Of a stretch of 64,000 nt of DNA, positions 13,310 to 26,731 are shown piece after piece (positions within the stretch are counted from its first letter, which is position 1; each line of letters opens with the position of its first letter). The DNA is from Oikopleura dioica (Eukaryota > Animalia > Chordata). The position numbers and the translations under genes are program-made. The stretch is taken from NCBI GenBank assembly GCA_907165135.1, contig OU015567.1, positions 15,748,001 to 15,812,000 of the forward strand, given 5' to 3'. The notes below the pieces were generated by a model. It was not told the DNA's origin, made no database searches, and saw only the letters and a program-made list of their open reading frames with translations.

Positions 13310-16300
13310 TATCATAGTGACACCCTTATTTCTTTGCTCAAATAATGGCCATGCCCATATTTAGAGCCTTGGTTTTATTTTGAGCATCAAAATTAAGGGT
13401 GTCACTACGGTATTTTTGGGAAAAATAATCTGAAGAAAACCAAATTTTGCGATGTCTAGTAGACATTTTCTATGACGTAATTTAGATAATTGTTTGAATC
13501 CTTTCCTTTGACGCAGAAAATGGCGTTGATGAGTCTTCTGTGTCTGCTTCTGTAACTGACTGCGGCGGCGATAAAGACTAGCAGTCCTATAAAGACGGGA
13601 ATGGCGGCTTTTCGCGGTTTTGAAACAAAGCAAAGCTTTCAATTTCAGCCGAAAAGCCACAAAGTTATGAAAATCTCAAGGCCAAGCTCTCAAGCGCTGT
13701 CGTAACTTGTTCACCGCTCAGCAGTAAACGAAAATGGCTTTTTGAAAAGAACTTTGGTTTTTCAATGAAAATATACTTTTGGTCGATGTTTCATCAAATT
13801 ATGCTGTGTAATCGAGATTAATTACCACATTTAGTGGTCTTCAAAAACTTCCTAAAAAAGCGGATTTTTACGGTAATTTGGATTCTTTGATTGGTCGAGC
13901 AAAACGATATGGTTTTCAACTTGACCAATCAGGGGCCTTGATGGATAATTTTGGTATTGAGAGAATATTCAAAAAAGGGTCTTTTAGATAGCCATTCCCT
14001 TAATCCTGCCCTTTGATTGGTCGAAAAAAGTAGGTTTTAATTAAGCCAATCAGAGGCTTGGATAAAAGTTGTCCATCATTGTTTTTGATTGGCCGAGATT
14101 ATTAATCTTTTAAAAAGCTATTTTTCAAGCTCGACCAATCAATTAAGAATCTTGAAAAAATTCTGTAGAAATATTCTGTCATTTCAATGAACATTTTTGA
14201 TATAAAAAGATAAGATCGAGAAATTCTTGGTCTTCAATTCTTCAATTCTTCCAAATCTGGGTTCCTGAAATTCCCAAGAGCTTCTTGAGAACCCTTGATA
14301 AAATTCCTTTCTATTTTTTAAATCGCTGGAATGTTAAGTATTACATTCATCAGATCAGCTTCTCTCGTGAATGATTATAAAGAGTTTCCTCTTCCGAAAG
14401 TTTTTTGTTTTGACAAATTGCATGAATTTTGCTTTTTATGACGAAACCACGTGATCAAAAAAATACTGAAGAATTTCGAACTTTTTTTTCGTTCCTAATT
14501 GAAGGCTGAATCACGTGGTAAAGAACAGCGGACGTATGATCCGACCGCGCTCTGGAATTTCTCGAAAATAGCCTAACGTTGGCCAACAGATCATGGTTTC
14601 TTTGTGACCATCAAGACATGCTGCAGGTATTTAGCTAAATATTCATCAGATATTCTAGTGGATAAACTGGGCGCAACTTAGAATTGCTCCGCGATTAGGA
14701 GCATTTTTAATTCGAACTCAAGAACTACAACTTTCTGTTTTTCTGCTTTTTTTTGACTCGGAAAGCTGAGTAAAAAACCTAAGTCAGGGTTGTTACAGAG
14801 CTTATATAAAAGATACGTAGCGGCTTTTTTTTGTAATAAAGCCGCGGAAAAATCTATTCATTCTTATTTATAAATGATTTTCTCGAACCCTGACTCAGGT
14901 TTTCTACATTGTCAGGTTACTGAGTAAATCAACGTCATACCCTTATTTATCTCCGAGCTAGTTTGAAAAACCTGAGTCAGGGTCTAGCAAAAGATTCGCT
15001 TTATGATACATTTTTCTCTGGACCCTGACTCAGGTTTTTCAAACTGGCTCAAAGATAAATAAGGGTGTCAGGAAGCTAAATTCGGCAACCTGTGTAGAAA
15101 ACCTGAGTCAGGGTCCTGCAAAGCCTTCGCTTTCCAATAAATTTTTTCTCAAAACCCTGACGCAGGTTTTTTACACAGGTTCGCGAACTGAGCCTGCTTT
15201 TTTCTAGTTTTATTTCTTCAAAAATCCTAATTTGATAAATAACAGAAAAATCCGATGCCGGAAGAAGGAGGTGGCTTGTGGTGTACTTTGTCTGGAATGC
15301 CAAAGTTTAGAATCCCGATAGAACGCGTGCTTAGAAAGCTTTTGTTCCGAGAAGCGGGATTATCAAACTTATCAAATCCTTTCCGGTTCGCTTCAAAAAA
15401 GGGTTGAACTTCTTTCAATCTTTCAATTCAAAATACAAATTTCAAGCTCTCCCGTTTTTATCCTAAAACAAATAAACCCTTATAAAACCCTCGCTATCTT
15501 TTTTGGCGATTCTAGTGCCTCGATTAAGATAAAAACAACTGTCAAAATAGCCGGCCCAGAAGAAGAAAAAAAGGTTGACACACGAGAGACAGGGCAAAAT
15601 AGACATGTTTTAATTCCAGCGTAATCGCTGCTTTTTCGGCGGGAAGCAACAACAGTTCGAATTCTTTGCGGAAGTAAATATTGTCAAAAATTAATTTGGA
15701 CTAAGAAAATAAAACAGAAAATAATTCGTTTCTTAGATTCAAGATTCAATGACGGACGAAAACCACAAAATAAGTAATTAGAAAATACCCCCTTAAATTT
15801 TAAAAGAATTACAGTATTTTTAATTGTTGTAACTAAGTTCACAAAAATGATGTTTGATCTAATCAGCTTGGCGGAGGAATTCATGAGTTGACCCGGACCA
15901 CGTCAAAAGTTATAAGGAGTTAATGTTAATCCGGCGAAAGGAGCATCAAATTAAAGCGAGCACGTGTAAGAGGCGCAGGCTTAGAAAACATCTTCTAAAC
16001 CCGCCACCACGTGTGTTCAAATAAGTCGAGGGCAAAGTCGATAGTGTGAAGTAGATTAGCGATTCGAGTGAATCTCGAGATCACCGCAAATCACCCAAAT
16101 ATTCTCATTGGCCCGAAACTAGGATTAGAAATTGACGGATAAAAAGTTCAATGAGAAGAAGAGCCCTATTATCTTCCAAAGCTATTCCTGACTCAGGTTT
16201 TCCACACAGTTTGCCGAGCCTGTTGAAGGACCCCTTCGTCAAGTGATAATGACTTTTTCAAACACGGATATCGAGTTGATCCCCTTAAGATTATTGAAAT

Positions 16301-17016
16301 ATTTTTTGGTTATTTTGTAGCTCGATAGTTGCTCGAGGGCACCAGAAGGAAAACAAGCTCATAGCCTATGAGTCATAGGCCTCTTAAGGGTGTCGCAACG
16401 ATAAGTTAAAGTGAAAATATTTTTCAAACATGGATATCATTATGATCACCTTAACTGATCAAAATTTTTTTATGTTAAAAATTTAGCTGAGACCCTTGTC
16501 TAGGGCACCGCATCAAGTGTATGATGACATCTTAAGGGTTTCACTAATAAAAAAGGGTTTAAAGATTGGTGATCGGCCGAAAAATGGGCAAATTTAGCTA
16601 AAAAAAGCCCCAAAAACGTGATTTTCAAAGTGGATTTTGAGGGTCAAAAAGTCGAAATAGAATTTTACGACATTAGAGAAAAATGATCCTCAGAACTTAG
16701 AGAATCTATTCCCGAAAATCGTCAAACATGACGGGGGTCCTTAATAGAAATAAATCTGAGGAATTCGGACTTCGTAGGAAAAGTCGTTAATTTCGCAACC
16801 TAATGGCTCGTTGGTCATTAAAACGTGGCAATTTTATATAAGCAGTTTACTCTCAAAAAGAAAGAGAACAAGCACAAGAACTAAAATCTTTCAAAAATGC
16901 AGAACGAAGATACTCAATCGGTCATTTCTTTTAGCACCCTTTGAGATTACAGAAACGAAGGACTCCCGAATGCGGCAGAGGGTCTCCGAATTGATTATTC
17001 AACGATCAAGTCAATT

Positions 17017-17343
17017 TTGGAGAGAATAAAGAAGCTTGAAAAAGACAATGCAACATATCGAGCTCTAGCATTTGATTTGCAGCAAGTGAAAAATGAGTTG
17101 ACAGCGAAAAACTATGAGCTGGAAACACGAGTTTCCGAGCTAGAGATATTCAAAGAAAACACGATTTTAGCAAGTCAGGAGCGCGATTTCCAAGTCGAAG
17201 ATCTCCGAAAAACAATTGGACTTTTCACCATAGAAATCGCAAGTCTCAAACAGCTCAAAGGAACACCTAAACCTGACAACGAGGAATCTCCTCGTTTTCA
17301 AAAAGAAATTACTGCTGAGGAATTGGAAGCACTTTTTTCCTGA
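17017..17343 (+). CDS. Putative last exon of a small coiled-coil protein gene
   Basis: 108-aa ORF with heptad-like L/E/K pattern, followed by AATAAA-like signals; upstream exons unresolved. Confidence 0.4.
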   Translation: MERIKKLEKDNATYRALAFDLQQVKNELTAKNYELETRVSELEIFKENTILASQERDFQVEDLRKTIGLFTIEIASLKQLKGTPKPDNEESPRFQKEITAEELEALFS

Positions 17344-20300
17344 AAGGAGGACATGGTTATATGATATAACTTATATCCGTTTGAATATAAGAATAAGAAA
17401 TAATCATTCTGTACATTTAATGATTCAGAATAAAGTCTTTCTAAAATTCTTAACGTTTTTGTGATAGATTCTCTCTTACCAACTCTTATATGGATGGAAT
17501 GGTTCTACAAAAAAAACTGGCAAAATAAAGAACGAAAACTTCTCAAAAAATATTTTCATAAGACTAAGTAGCTTGTGAAGCTTTTCTGCGTGAGAAGCGT
17601 CAATTTACCAAACGTGCTTTAAAAATCACTAGAAAAGACCTTTAGCGGTAAGTCCGCTGCCAGGATTACGTGAGAAAGTGTCTCAATCACTTTCGTTTTT
17701 AGAAGAATTAGATGAATAATTTTTCCGCTAAAAGAACTGCTCGAGCAAGTGTGTTTTCGCGTACCCGCCAGAATGTGACAAGCAGCAAGAGCTTGCCAAA
17801 TTCAAGGGTGTTTTTCTAGCTTGGGCAGCTTTTAGGCCGAATAACATGAATTAAAGCCGCTTTGGAGAAAGTTCTTTTTTATTTGTTTTAAAAAAATACA
17901 GTCGAAAATGTCTAATTAGCTTCAATTAAAAATATGTTTTGATGTGAATGTTTCCCGAGAATCTTTCGAGTACTCGAAACAATTGAAATTAGCAAAAGTG
18001 TTTTTGGAAATACAGCTCATGGAAAAACGTTTGTTGTGGAAAAGAGACGCTACAAATTGGGTCCAACCCGTTCACTGCAATTTTCAGTTGTTTTCTGCTA
18101 ATATTTTGAATAGATAAAGTGGCCTAAATACATAAAATACAAAGAATTAGGCTTTATTATTGTCAAATTTGGAGTTCTAACCCTAAAAATTATTAATGAA
18201 GTGATAAAAATTGGATTAAAAATCCATTTATTTGGTTCTTAAATGGCAAAATCATAACTAAGAATCTCCGAAATTTGATTGGCCTACTAGCTGAACGCGG
18301 ACGTCTTATTGGTCAAAAATCTAACCAAAATTTTGTTCAAAAATGTCGCATTTTTTTGTCGAATCCTGCTTTCTCCCCTGAATAAGTAAAAAAGTTGCTT
18401 CTTGAATTATTGACCAATCAAATTGCTCGATGAGAAAATTTATTATCAAATGAAACCAAAGTAGGGATGAAAATTTTCTTTGAAAAAAATGGTTTGTGAA
18501 AATAATTTGTTTTGAGTACGGTGTCGGTTTTTCGAATTACGAAGTGAAATAAGTTTCCAACAAGGCGAAAAAATGGTTTGTTAGGCTTATGGATTTATCG
18601 AGCTTGTGGCGACGATGGAGTGAGAAAACGTTGGCTAATCCGGCAATAGACGAACTTCTGCTTTTAAACTGTTTTTCATTTGGTTTTTCGAAATGGAACT
18701 TTTTTGGAAAACACTGTTTCGTTTTGATAAGTGCAAATTTGGTGGTGGCTGAGTGCATTAAAAGCGATTTTCTAAAGGAAAAGCGCAGGTGGGAATGTTG
18801 GGCGAAATTCCGAAAAAACCGAAATGGTGAAAACTGGGCCACAACGCTGCGGGTTAAAAGGAGACTTGCCCTCTCATTTTCGCGCAAAAATAAGGGTGTC
18901 ACTTTGTTTATTTTTTTTGGGAAAAAAAGGGAAAAAATCGATGCTCGAAAATCTTAGTAAAAAACCTGACTCAGGCTTTTCTTTTATTAAAGCTGATTGA
19001 GAACCTGACTCAGGTTTTCTACACAGGTTTTGCCGTGTCAATAAGTTTCAAGTTAATTTCACAAAAAACTCAAAACCTTAAAATTAAAAAAAATGCAAAT
19101 CAAATTTTTTGAAACGAAAAATTACGGTTTCTGGGTTTCACTTTGTCCTCCAATAAACGAAAGAAGGCTAAATCAACCCCATCGTCGGAAATGGACTAGT
19201 TTTGACTGCGGCGGCGGAGGATAATCCCCTCTTCCTTTCTAATTGGGCTGCTTTAAGTGCAGCGAAAATAAGTACTCTGCGGCGAAAACCAAAACATAAC
19301 AGTCCAACTAAAACCAAAGAAGAAGACAGTCCAGTTTTCTTCTTCAAGAAAAAATGGGGATTTCCTCCGTAAATGAGAAAAACAAAAATTAGAAAGAAGA
19401 CTTTCCTGAGAAAAATAATCGGGTCGAAAACGAGTCGTGAAAATAGAAAGACTGTAACTCTCACTGTAGACATGTATGCTATGATTTTATTCGACAAAAT
19501 CAAAACCAAGTTTTCCGATTTTGATTGGACAGAACTTTTTGAGCTAATAAGCCAATCAGATTTGGTCTTTCTGCCCGAAATTTTTGACTGAGAAAACTGA
19601 CTTTTTTTTTCAATTTAGATCCGATTTTTTTCCCAGAAAATCGTTGAACAAACATTTTAGTTAGGAAGTAGCATTGTTGCCCTGCATTCTTGCAAATAAT
19701 TGAAGGCATAATCGAATTGTCTCAAGACGTGCATGAATTGAGTTGAATAGGCTGTGGCGGCGGGTCGAGGGAAATTCCGGGCGGCGATCTTACGTTCAAT
19801 TCCAGAAATTCCACTCGCCATGGGATCAAAAAGCAGCTCCAAATGAGCCAACGGGTGACATAACTCAGCACAAAGTGGCAACACCCAGCTCCAAATCACC
19901 CCTTTTTTTCCGACAAAATGAGCCGCTTCACATGTCCAATGAGATAATTTCTAGCGCTTGAACTTAAAGTTAGCTGCTCATGAAAAATCTCTGAAACATT
20001 TTTGACCCTCCGACCTGTGTGGAAACCTGAGTCAGGGTCCTGAAAGAGCATCGCAAAATTTTGAAATCGAATAATGCGATTGTTCTGGCGAAGCCGCTTT
20101 GCGGCTTTATTCAAAAAGAAGCCGCTTCGTGGCTTTCGCAAAGGATCTTTCAGGACCCTGACTCAGGTTTTTAACACAGGTTGTGGACCTAAAATAATTC
20201 CAAAAAGCAACGTTTAAATTATTCTTTAGTGCGTTTATTCAGGAAGTAAGAAAACGAGATAAGAACAGAATGCTTTTGAGAGAACAGTAAGTTACTAAAG

Positions 20301-23264
20301 TCAACTGGTTTCATGTTTATTTAGATCGACACTTGCCGCTTATCACTGTCAGATTTGCATGCTCATTTTTTTCAGCACTTATCATAATGCGAGAACAAGA
20401 GAACAGTAGCTTCATTTTTGATAGAAATAATTGAAGAAATTTCAAAAAATAGATAAAAACACAGGCAGCAACCTTCTTGAGTTCACTGTAAATTGTGACG
20501 CAAATGCGACCAAAAATATGTCGTTTTCAATATTTTTTCCGGAGAAAATTCGTCCTTTTTAAGACGCGTCTAAACCAGCCCAATTCGGGCAAAACCAAGA
20601 AAAGAAAGTGATTTTCTGTATATCTGGGTTTTGATTGGCCATCGGGCCAAGTACAGCAATTTTATTGGTTGTTCAGAAAATCGCTTCCTTTTCTCGGCTT
20701 ATGCCCCCAAATTATGGAGGATTAACGAATCGTATTTTTTATCAAAAAATTTGATGGACTTAACCAATTAATAGAATTGCATTTTTGGATAACAATTAAG
20801 ATTGCTGTATTTGAGCTGCCAACCAATCAAAACCCTGATTTAGAAAACCACTTGCGTAAATTGGTTTAACCCATATTTTTCGGGCAGAGCCGAAAAAAAG
20901 GAAGTTATTTTCTTGACCTGGGTGTTGATTGGCCGTTGGGTAAGTACAGCAATCTTATTGGCTATCCAAAAAACCACCTCCAATTTTCGGTTTCGTCCAA
21001 ATTTTCCATGACTCAAGAAAATATGATAATTTTTCGCAATATTTCTGCCCAATTCACGGTATTTTAAACTCGTCAAGACATAAGTCCTAATTGAATTGCG
21101 TGCGGAACAAACGTAGTACCCAAGCCGCGGGGAAGGGGCTTATCGAATAAGCTCCGCTAAAGCTGAGAAATGTGAACGTTTCCAGCTTCCTCCATTATTA
21201 CAAAATTGCTTCCCGCTGCTCTATCTTTTTCTTTCTTCCTTTTTTCAAAATGACAAGTTGTTTTGACAGAAAGTGGAAATTCTGACACGCGCGGAAAAAA
21301 AAAGAGCCGAATTGGAGGAGATTTGGAAAGTGAGATTTTGAAAAGCGCTTTTTGAGAAAAAGCGACTTGCATAAGAAAAAATGCAAAGGCGAGGATCAGG
21401 TTGTAAACATGAAAGGATGGAGAGCGGATTCGAGAGGCGGAGATTTGCCAGAAGATGTCGGAAATTTGATTTTCTGACTAATAGAAGGACCCAGAAAGGA
21501 GGAGGGAAATGAGCTTGAAAGTTTAAAAAAGAGGATGACGCATAATCACAAAATTTTTTGAGAATTTTTTTTCTGTTTCGGGAAAAAAAGGCATAGTAAA
21601 GGGTTCAAACTCAATTTAGGAAAGAGAATTAAGGGTATCACAAAATAAGGGTTTTCATAAATTTTCATTAAAAAACAAAAAAAAAACCATAATTCAGCAT
21701 GAAGATACCCTTAATTTTTAAGAATTTCTTCTTTTTCTAAAAATCTGAAGAAAATAAAAGATAAAAAAATCGTTCATTCGGGCCAATTCCCCTCAGGAGA
21801 GCCCAATTGGCCTTGAAACCTGTGTTGAAAAACTGAGTCAGGGTCCTGAGAGAATTTTTATAAAGAAAGCCGCAAGGTAAAAACTACCATCTTTGCCTTT
21901 TCCACCTCTGGCGGCTTTTTTTGGGAAGATCTTTCAAAGCCCTGACTCAGGTTTTTTACACAGGCTATTAAGCACAACTTAGCCCTTAGCGAGAAATTTT
22001 TAAAATGGAAACTTTTTCATTTCTTCTGAGAAAAATATTTTTGTTCACAAAAAAATCAACCTCAAAAATCTCCCGCGATTGTAACACTTTTTCATTTTAT
22101 CACCCGTTCCCCGATAAACTCGTCATTTTTATAATCATAAAAAAAGAAAAAACGAAAAAAATGGCTGAAAACCGCGACCTGATAAAACTGGAACCAAAGG
22201 ATTGTAGCTCGTTGTCTGGACGTCGGCGGCGTTTTCGGATGGAATTGGCGGTACTTTTTTTCGGATCAGCGAAAGCTAGAATTTTCTAATTTTAGGGGAT
22301 TTGAGCAGAGCTCAGATTTCCGCTACACTCTACCGTGAAATGAGAAGGGATCAAGGATTTTGCTATTTCGTAAGAAATTTTTTCGAAAATGAAATGCAGC
22401 ATCTTTCTTTGGGCTCGATTACCTGTGGAAACAACCTGAGTCAGGGTCTCAAAAAGATTTAATGAAGTAGTTCTTTCGGACCCTGACTCCTGTTTTCCAC
22501 ACAGGATATTGAGCCCAGATCTTTCTGGAAAGAAAATATTCTAATTCTGCAAAGCCGCAATTTGCTATTGAATAAATTCTTACAAAAATTTGCCGCACGC
22601 GGCTTTTGTCGCTAAAAATTGCGAGAAAATGAGCAGAAATCAATGAAAATCTATCGTTTTTTAGCTTTGTTTCCAAAAAAAAGCCGCAAGCGGCTTTTTC
22701 TGTAAAAATCTTTTGATAATTGCGGCTTTTCCAAAATTTCGAGTCAAAAAAATAAGGGTTATTAATGATTAAACTCAAGGAATAAAAGCCGCCAGCGGCT
22801 TATTTTTTGTCGGTCTTTTTTCCTTTCTTAAAAAAATTAAAATTTTTTCGCTCGAAATTGCTGATTTCTCAAAATTTCTAGAGCAAAACAATTCTTGAGC
22901 CTCTTTTTCGCGATCCAACGTTCCTGGTGACATGAGTTTGTTTTCTGTTTATCACACGTCTCGCTGGTTAAAATTTCTCGTTTGTTTCTCTTTTTTTTCT
23001 CGAGTAAAGTGACTCGACCTTGGATTTCGAGCGAGCGGGCGGTTTTCGGTTGAATTGATCAAAATCGCAGACTTTCCCGCGGCGCGGCCAATTTTTTTCT
23101 CTTTGTTTTCAAAAAAATAATTGAAAGAAAAAAATAAATAAAAGGGATTGAAGGTTTAGCCGCACGCGGCTTTTTATTTAATTTTTTTTGATTGATAAAG
23201 TGAGAAAATTATTATCTCTATTTTGCGGCTTAGGAAAAAAAGCCGCATAGTTTTTTTTCTGGCT

Positions 23265-23650
23265 AAGCTTGCTAAGCCAGAAGGTAAAAATTAAGAGTAA
23301 CTGAGCCAACAGCACTGCTTCCTAAACCAACTAAGCTAAATATTTTTGATGAAGAAGCTCAGCTCAGCTAAGCTCAATTTTGATCAGCTAAATTCAAGCT
23401 GTTTAAAACAGCTCCACTAGAGCTTGCTCGAAAAAACACAGCCAGCTAATCTTAGCTCAGCTCAATTTCGAATCAGCTAGCTCAGCTCGGTAGTTTTGAG
23501 CTGATTGAGCTGAGCTGAGCTTAGTTTTTACTCCAACTAAGCCCTGGCAGAAGTGAAAAAGGCTTGACTCAGGTTCTGACTCAGGTTGGCCCTGACTCAG
23601 ATTGCCTAGCCCTGGCTCAGTCAGCAGAGCTCAACTTTTCTCAGCTCTAT
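23265..23650. repeat. AGCT/CTCAG-rich degenerate repeat
   Basis: Runs such as agctcagctcagctaagctc and gagctgagctgagc in both orientations. Confidence 0.5.
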
Positions 23651-24355
23651 AATTTTCGTCCTTTTTATTGCCCTAGAAAAACTGCGATTTCTACAGAATG
23701 ATTAACACTTTCATAACTCGAGTATCGCCGCGGCAGATAATTAACCATTGCGAAAAGCGCTTCTTATCAGTATATGGATAGGCGGCGTTATCGAACTCGC
23801 TTTGGCGAAATGAAATCTTCGCTGCGGATTTTATTTGATTTCTTCTGAACGCGCTAAATTCTAATTGCAAGACTGATAACTTATCAGTGATAAGCAAATG
23901 ACTGATTGCTTATCGAATTCGAAAAATGAAGAAAGTAAAAGAATAAAACCAAAACACAAGTCAAGATGATTTCCAACGACGAAGTTCTTCGCCTGATGAA
24001 TATTAAAAGAGTGCCGTTTGTTGTTTTCTCGAGAGGCTAAGAACTTGGCGATTTGATGACTTTTGCTCAATTAAGGGGGTATCACTTGTGATTATGATTG
24101 AATTTTTTCATTGAATTTTCGAGCTGATACCCTTGATGATTTCAAAAAACTTTTTGCGCGGCCGGAAATCATGAAAAAAGTGCTAGTGCAGTTTTGTCAG
24201 GCTCGTCGAGACGAGTCGATTGGTATAGGTCACACTTGAAAAGTTTAAGGATTTACCGGTTAACCGGCTGATTACCGGAAATCACGTTGTCAGCTCCCGT
24301 TTTTGTTCTAGTCGTCGGATTTTCATGTTTGAACCGTCAAAATGATCCTTATGAT

Positions 24356-26731
24356 TAGGGTCCACGCTCAAAAAATAGGTACCCGAAATAGAGCTCCTAT
24401 AATTCTCAAAATTAGATATGTAAAACAACTATAAAAAACAAGCATTTTGACCCTTTTTCAAAAAAAATCTATAAAAGAGTTGAGAAATAATGATGCCTCA
24501 AAGTGGGCAAAAATGCAAAATCACCCAAGAACGCGTGTTTTTTTAAATTTAAAATTGTAAAAATATGTTATTTTGAATTCTTAATTCGAAACTAAAATCC
24601 TTTTTTTGGAGGATGGCCTAAATTTTACGAAATCGACAATTTTCCGTAAATTCTGAGCCATTTTCAAAGAGCGCGCGGCGCGATGCCTCAGGCGGTCCAA
24701 GGGTGTCCACAAAGAAAACAAAGCAGAGCGCTGTCTGGCGCTTCAGCTAACTCAGGTAAGCTTCATACAAATGGCTCTAGAATAATAAATACTAAGAATC
24801 AATTTAAAACTACACGTTAGAAATTTAGACAAGGGTCAAAATTTTAAATTTTTCAAAAAAACTCGATCAATTTATTAATTTATTTCAGACAATTATCTCT
24901 TTCCTATGGAAGTCAAAAATAAAGAATTCTCAGGCTTTAAAAACCTCCGGATGTCGGCAAAATGACCATTTTAGGAAAACAAGGGAGAAAAGCCCCATCC
25001 CTGGCTTTTAAATTTAAATGGGCTTGACGGCCCTTCGGGCCGTCTCAGCCCCATCCCTGGCTTTTAAATTTAAATGGGCTTGACGGCCCTTCGGGCCGTC
25101 TCAGCCCCATCCCTGGCTTTTAAATTTAAATGGGCTTGACGGCCCTTCGGGCCGTCTCAGCCCCATCCCTGGCTTTTAAATTTAAATGGGCTTGACGGCC
25201 CTTCGGGCCGTCTCAGCCCCATCCCTGGCTTTTAAATTTAAATGGGCTTGACGGCCCTTCGGGCCGTCTCAGCCCCATCCCTGGCTTTTAAATTTAAATG
25301 GGCTTGACGGCCCTTCGGGCCGTCTCAGCCCCATCCCTGGCTTTTAAATTTAAATGGGCTTGACGGCCCTTCGGGCCGTCTCAGCCCCATCCCTGGCTTT
25401 TAAATTTAAATGGGCTTGACGGCCCTTCGGGCCGTCTCAGCCCCATCCCTGGCTTTTAAATTTAAATGGGCTTGACGGCCCTTCGGGCCGTCTCAGCCCC
25501 ATCCCTGGCTTTTAAATTTAAATGGGCTTTACGGCCCTTCGGGCCGTCTCAGCCCCATCCCTGGCTTTTAAATTTAAATGGGCTTGACGGCCCTTCGGGC
25601 CGTCTCAGCCCCATCCCTGGCTTTTAAATTTAAATGGGCTTGACGGCCCTTCGGGCCGTCTCAGCCCCATCCCTGGCTTTTAAATTTAAATGGGCTTGAC
25701 GGCCCTTCGGGCCGTCTCAGCCCCATCCCTGGCTTTTAAATTTAAATGGGCTTGACGGCCCTTCGGGCCGTCTCAGCCCCATCCCTGGCTTTTAAATTTA
25801 AATGGGCTTGACGGCCCTTCGGGCCGTCTCAGCCCCATCCCTGGCTTTTAAATTTAAATGGGCTTGACGGCCCTTCGGGCCGTCTCAGCCCCATCCCTGG
25901 CTTTTAAATTTAAATGGGCTTGACGGCCCTTCGGGCCGTCTCAGCCCCATCCCTGGCTTTTAAATTTAAATGGGCTTGACGGCCCTTCGGGCCGTCTCAG
26001 CCCCATCCCTGGCTTTTAAATTTAAATGGGCTTGACGGCCCTTCGGGCCGTCTCAGCCCCATCCCTGGCTTTTAAATTTAAATGGGCTTGACTTAGGCCG
26101 GGGCCTCTACCTAGCTCATTTCATTAAGTCAAGCTTTGTCCCCAACCCCACCCACACCCGTATTTTACGTTAGACCTATCGTTCATTTATTTTATATAAT
26201 TATGGTCTTTACAAAAAATAAAGAAATACTTCTTTTTTTTTTATTTTTTCAAAAATTTTTATTATGAGTTTATTTTTTTATTCATTTGATTTCTAGTTAA
26301 GATTTTATTTAATTTCATTAGTGTAATTATCCTTATTTGTAAAATAATGGATTTTTAAAGAAGTTTCGACGTGGCCACCCTTGCGATGCCCCTAGGCCAT
26401 CGCGCGCTGAGCGAGCTGCGCGCCGCTGATTTTTGCCTTTTTAGGGCCATTTTTACGGGATTGCTGGGAAAAAACTTCATCCTCCAAAAATAAATTGGTC
26501 GATTTGGGGTTAAAAAAGGGCTACGATTTCGCCTGTGTTAATTAAAATTTTATAAGAGCCGTTCTTCATGGTTTTTTGGGTGTTTTTTCTTCATAACTCC
26601 TCAACCCTTTTTCATTTCGGGTTGAAATTTAGCTTGTTTTACTCAGCTCTTCGAGATCTTCATCTTTTATGTTGATGAAAAGACCTCAAAAGCAATATTT
26701 AAAAAGTTTTATTTTTTGAGCGTGGACCCTA
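24356..26731. mobile_element. hAT-type non-autonomous element nested in the left TIR of the above
   Basis: TIR TAGGGTCCACGCTCAAAAAA / TTTTTTGAGCGTGGACCCTA; 8-bp TSD CTTATGAT at 24348-24355 and 26732-26739. Confidence 0.85.
24992..26092. repeat. 56-bp tandem satellite, about 19.7 copies
   Basis: Unit GCCCCATCCCTGGCTTTTAAATTTAAATGGGCTTGACGGCCCTTCGGGCCGTCTCA; only one variant copy seen (G>T near 25530); no spacers. Confidence 0.95.

Noticed and set aside
18537-19961. Cluster of 70-120-aa ORFs
   Set aside because: Composition mirrors A/T homopolymers, with no motifs or paralog support; small real exons cannot be excluded.
24992-26092. CRISPR array
   Set aside because: Units are contiguous and identical with no spacers, there are no cas genes, and the context is eukaryotic.
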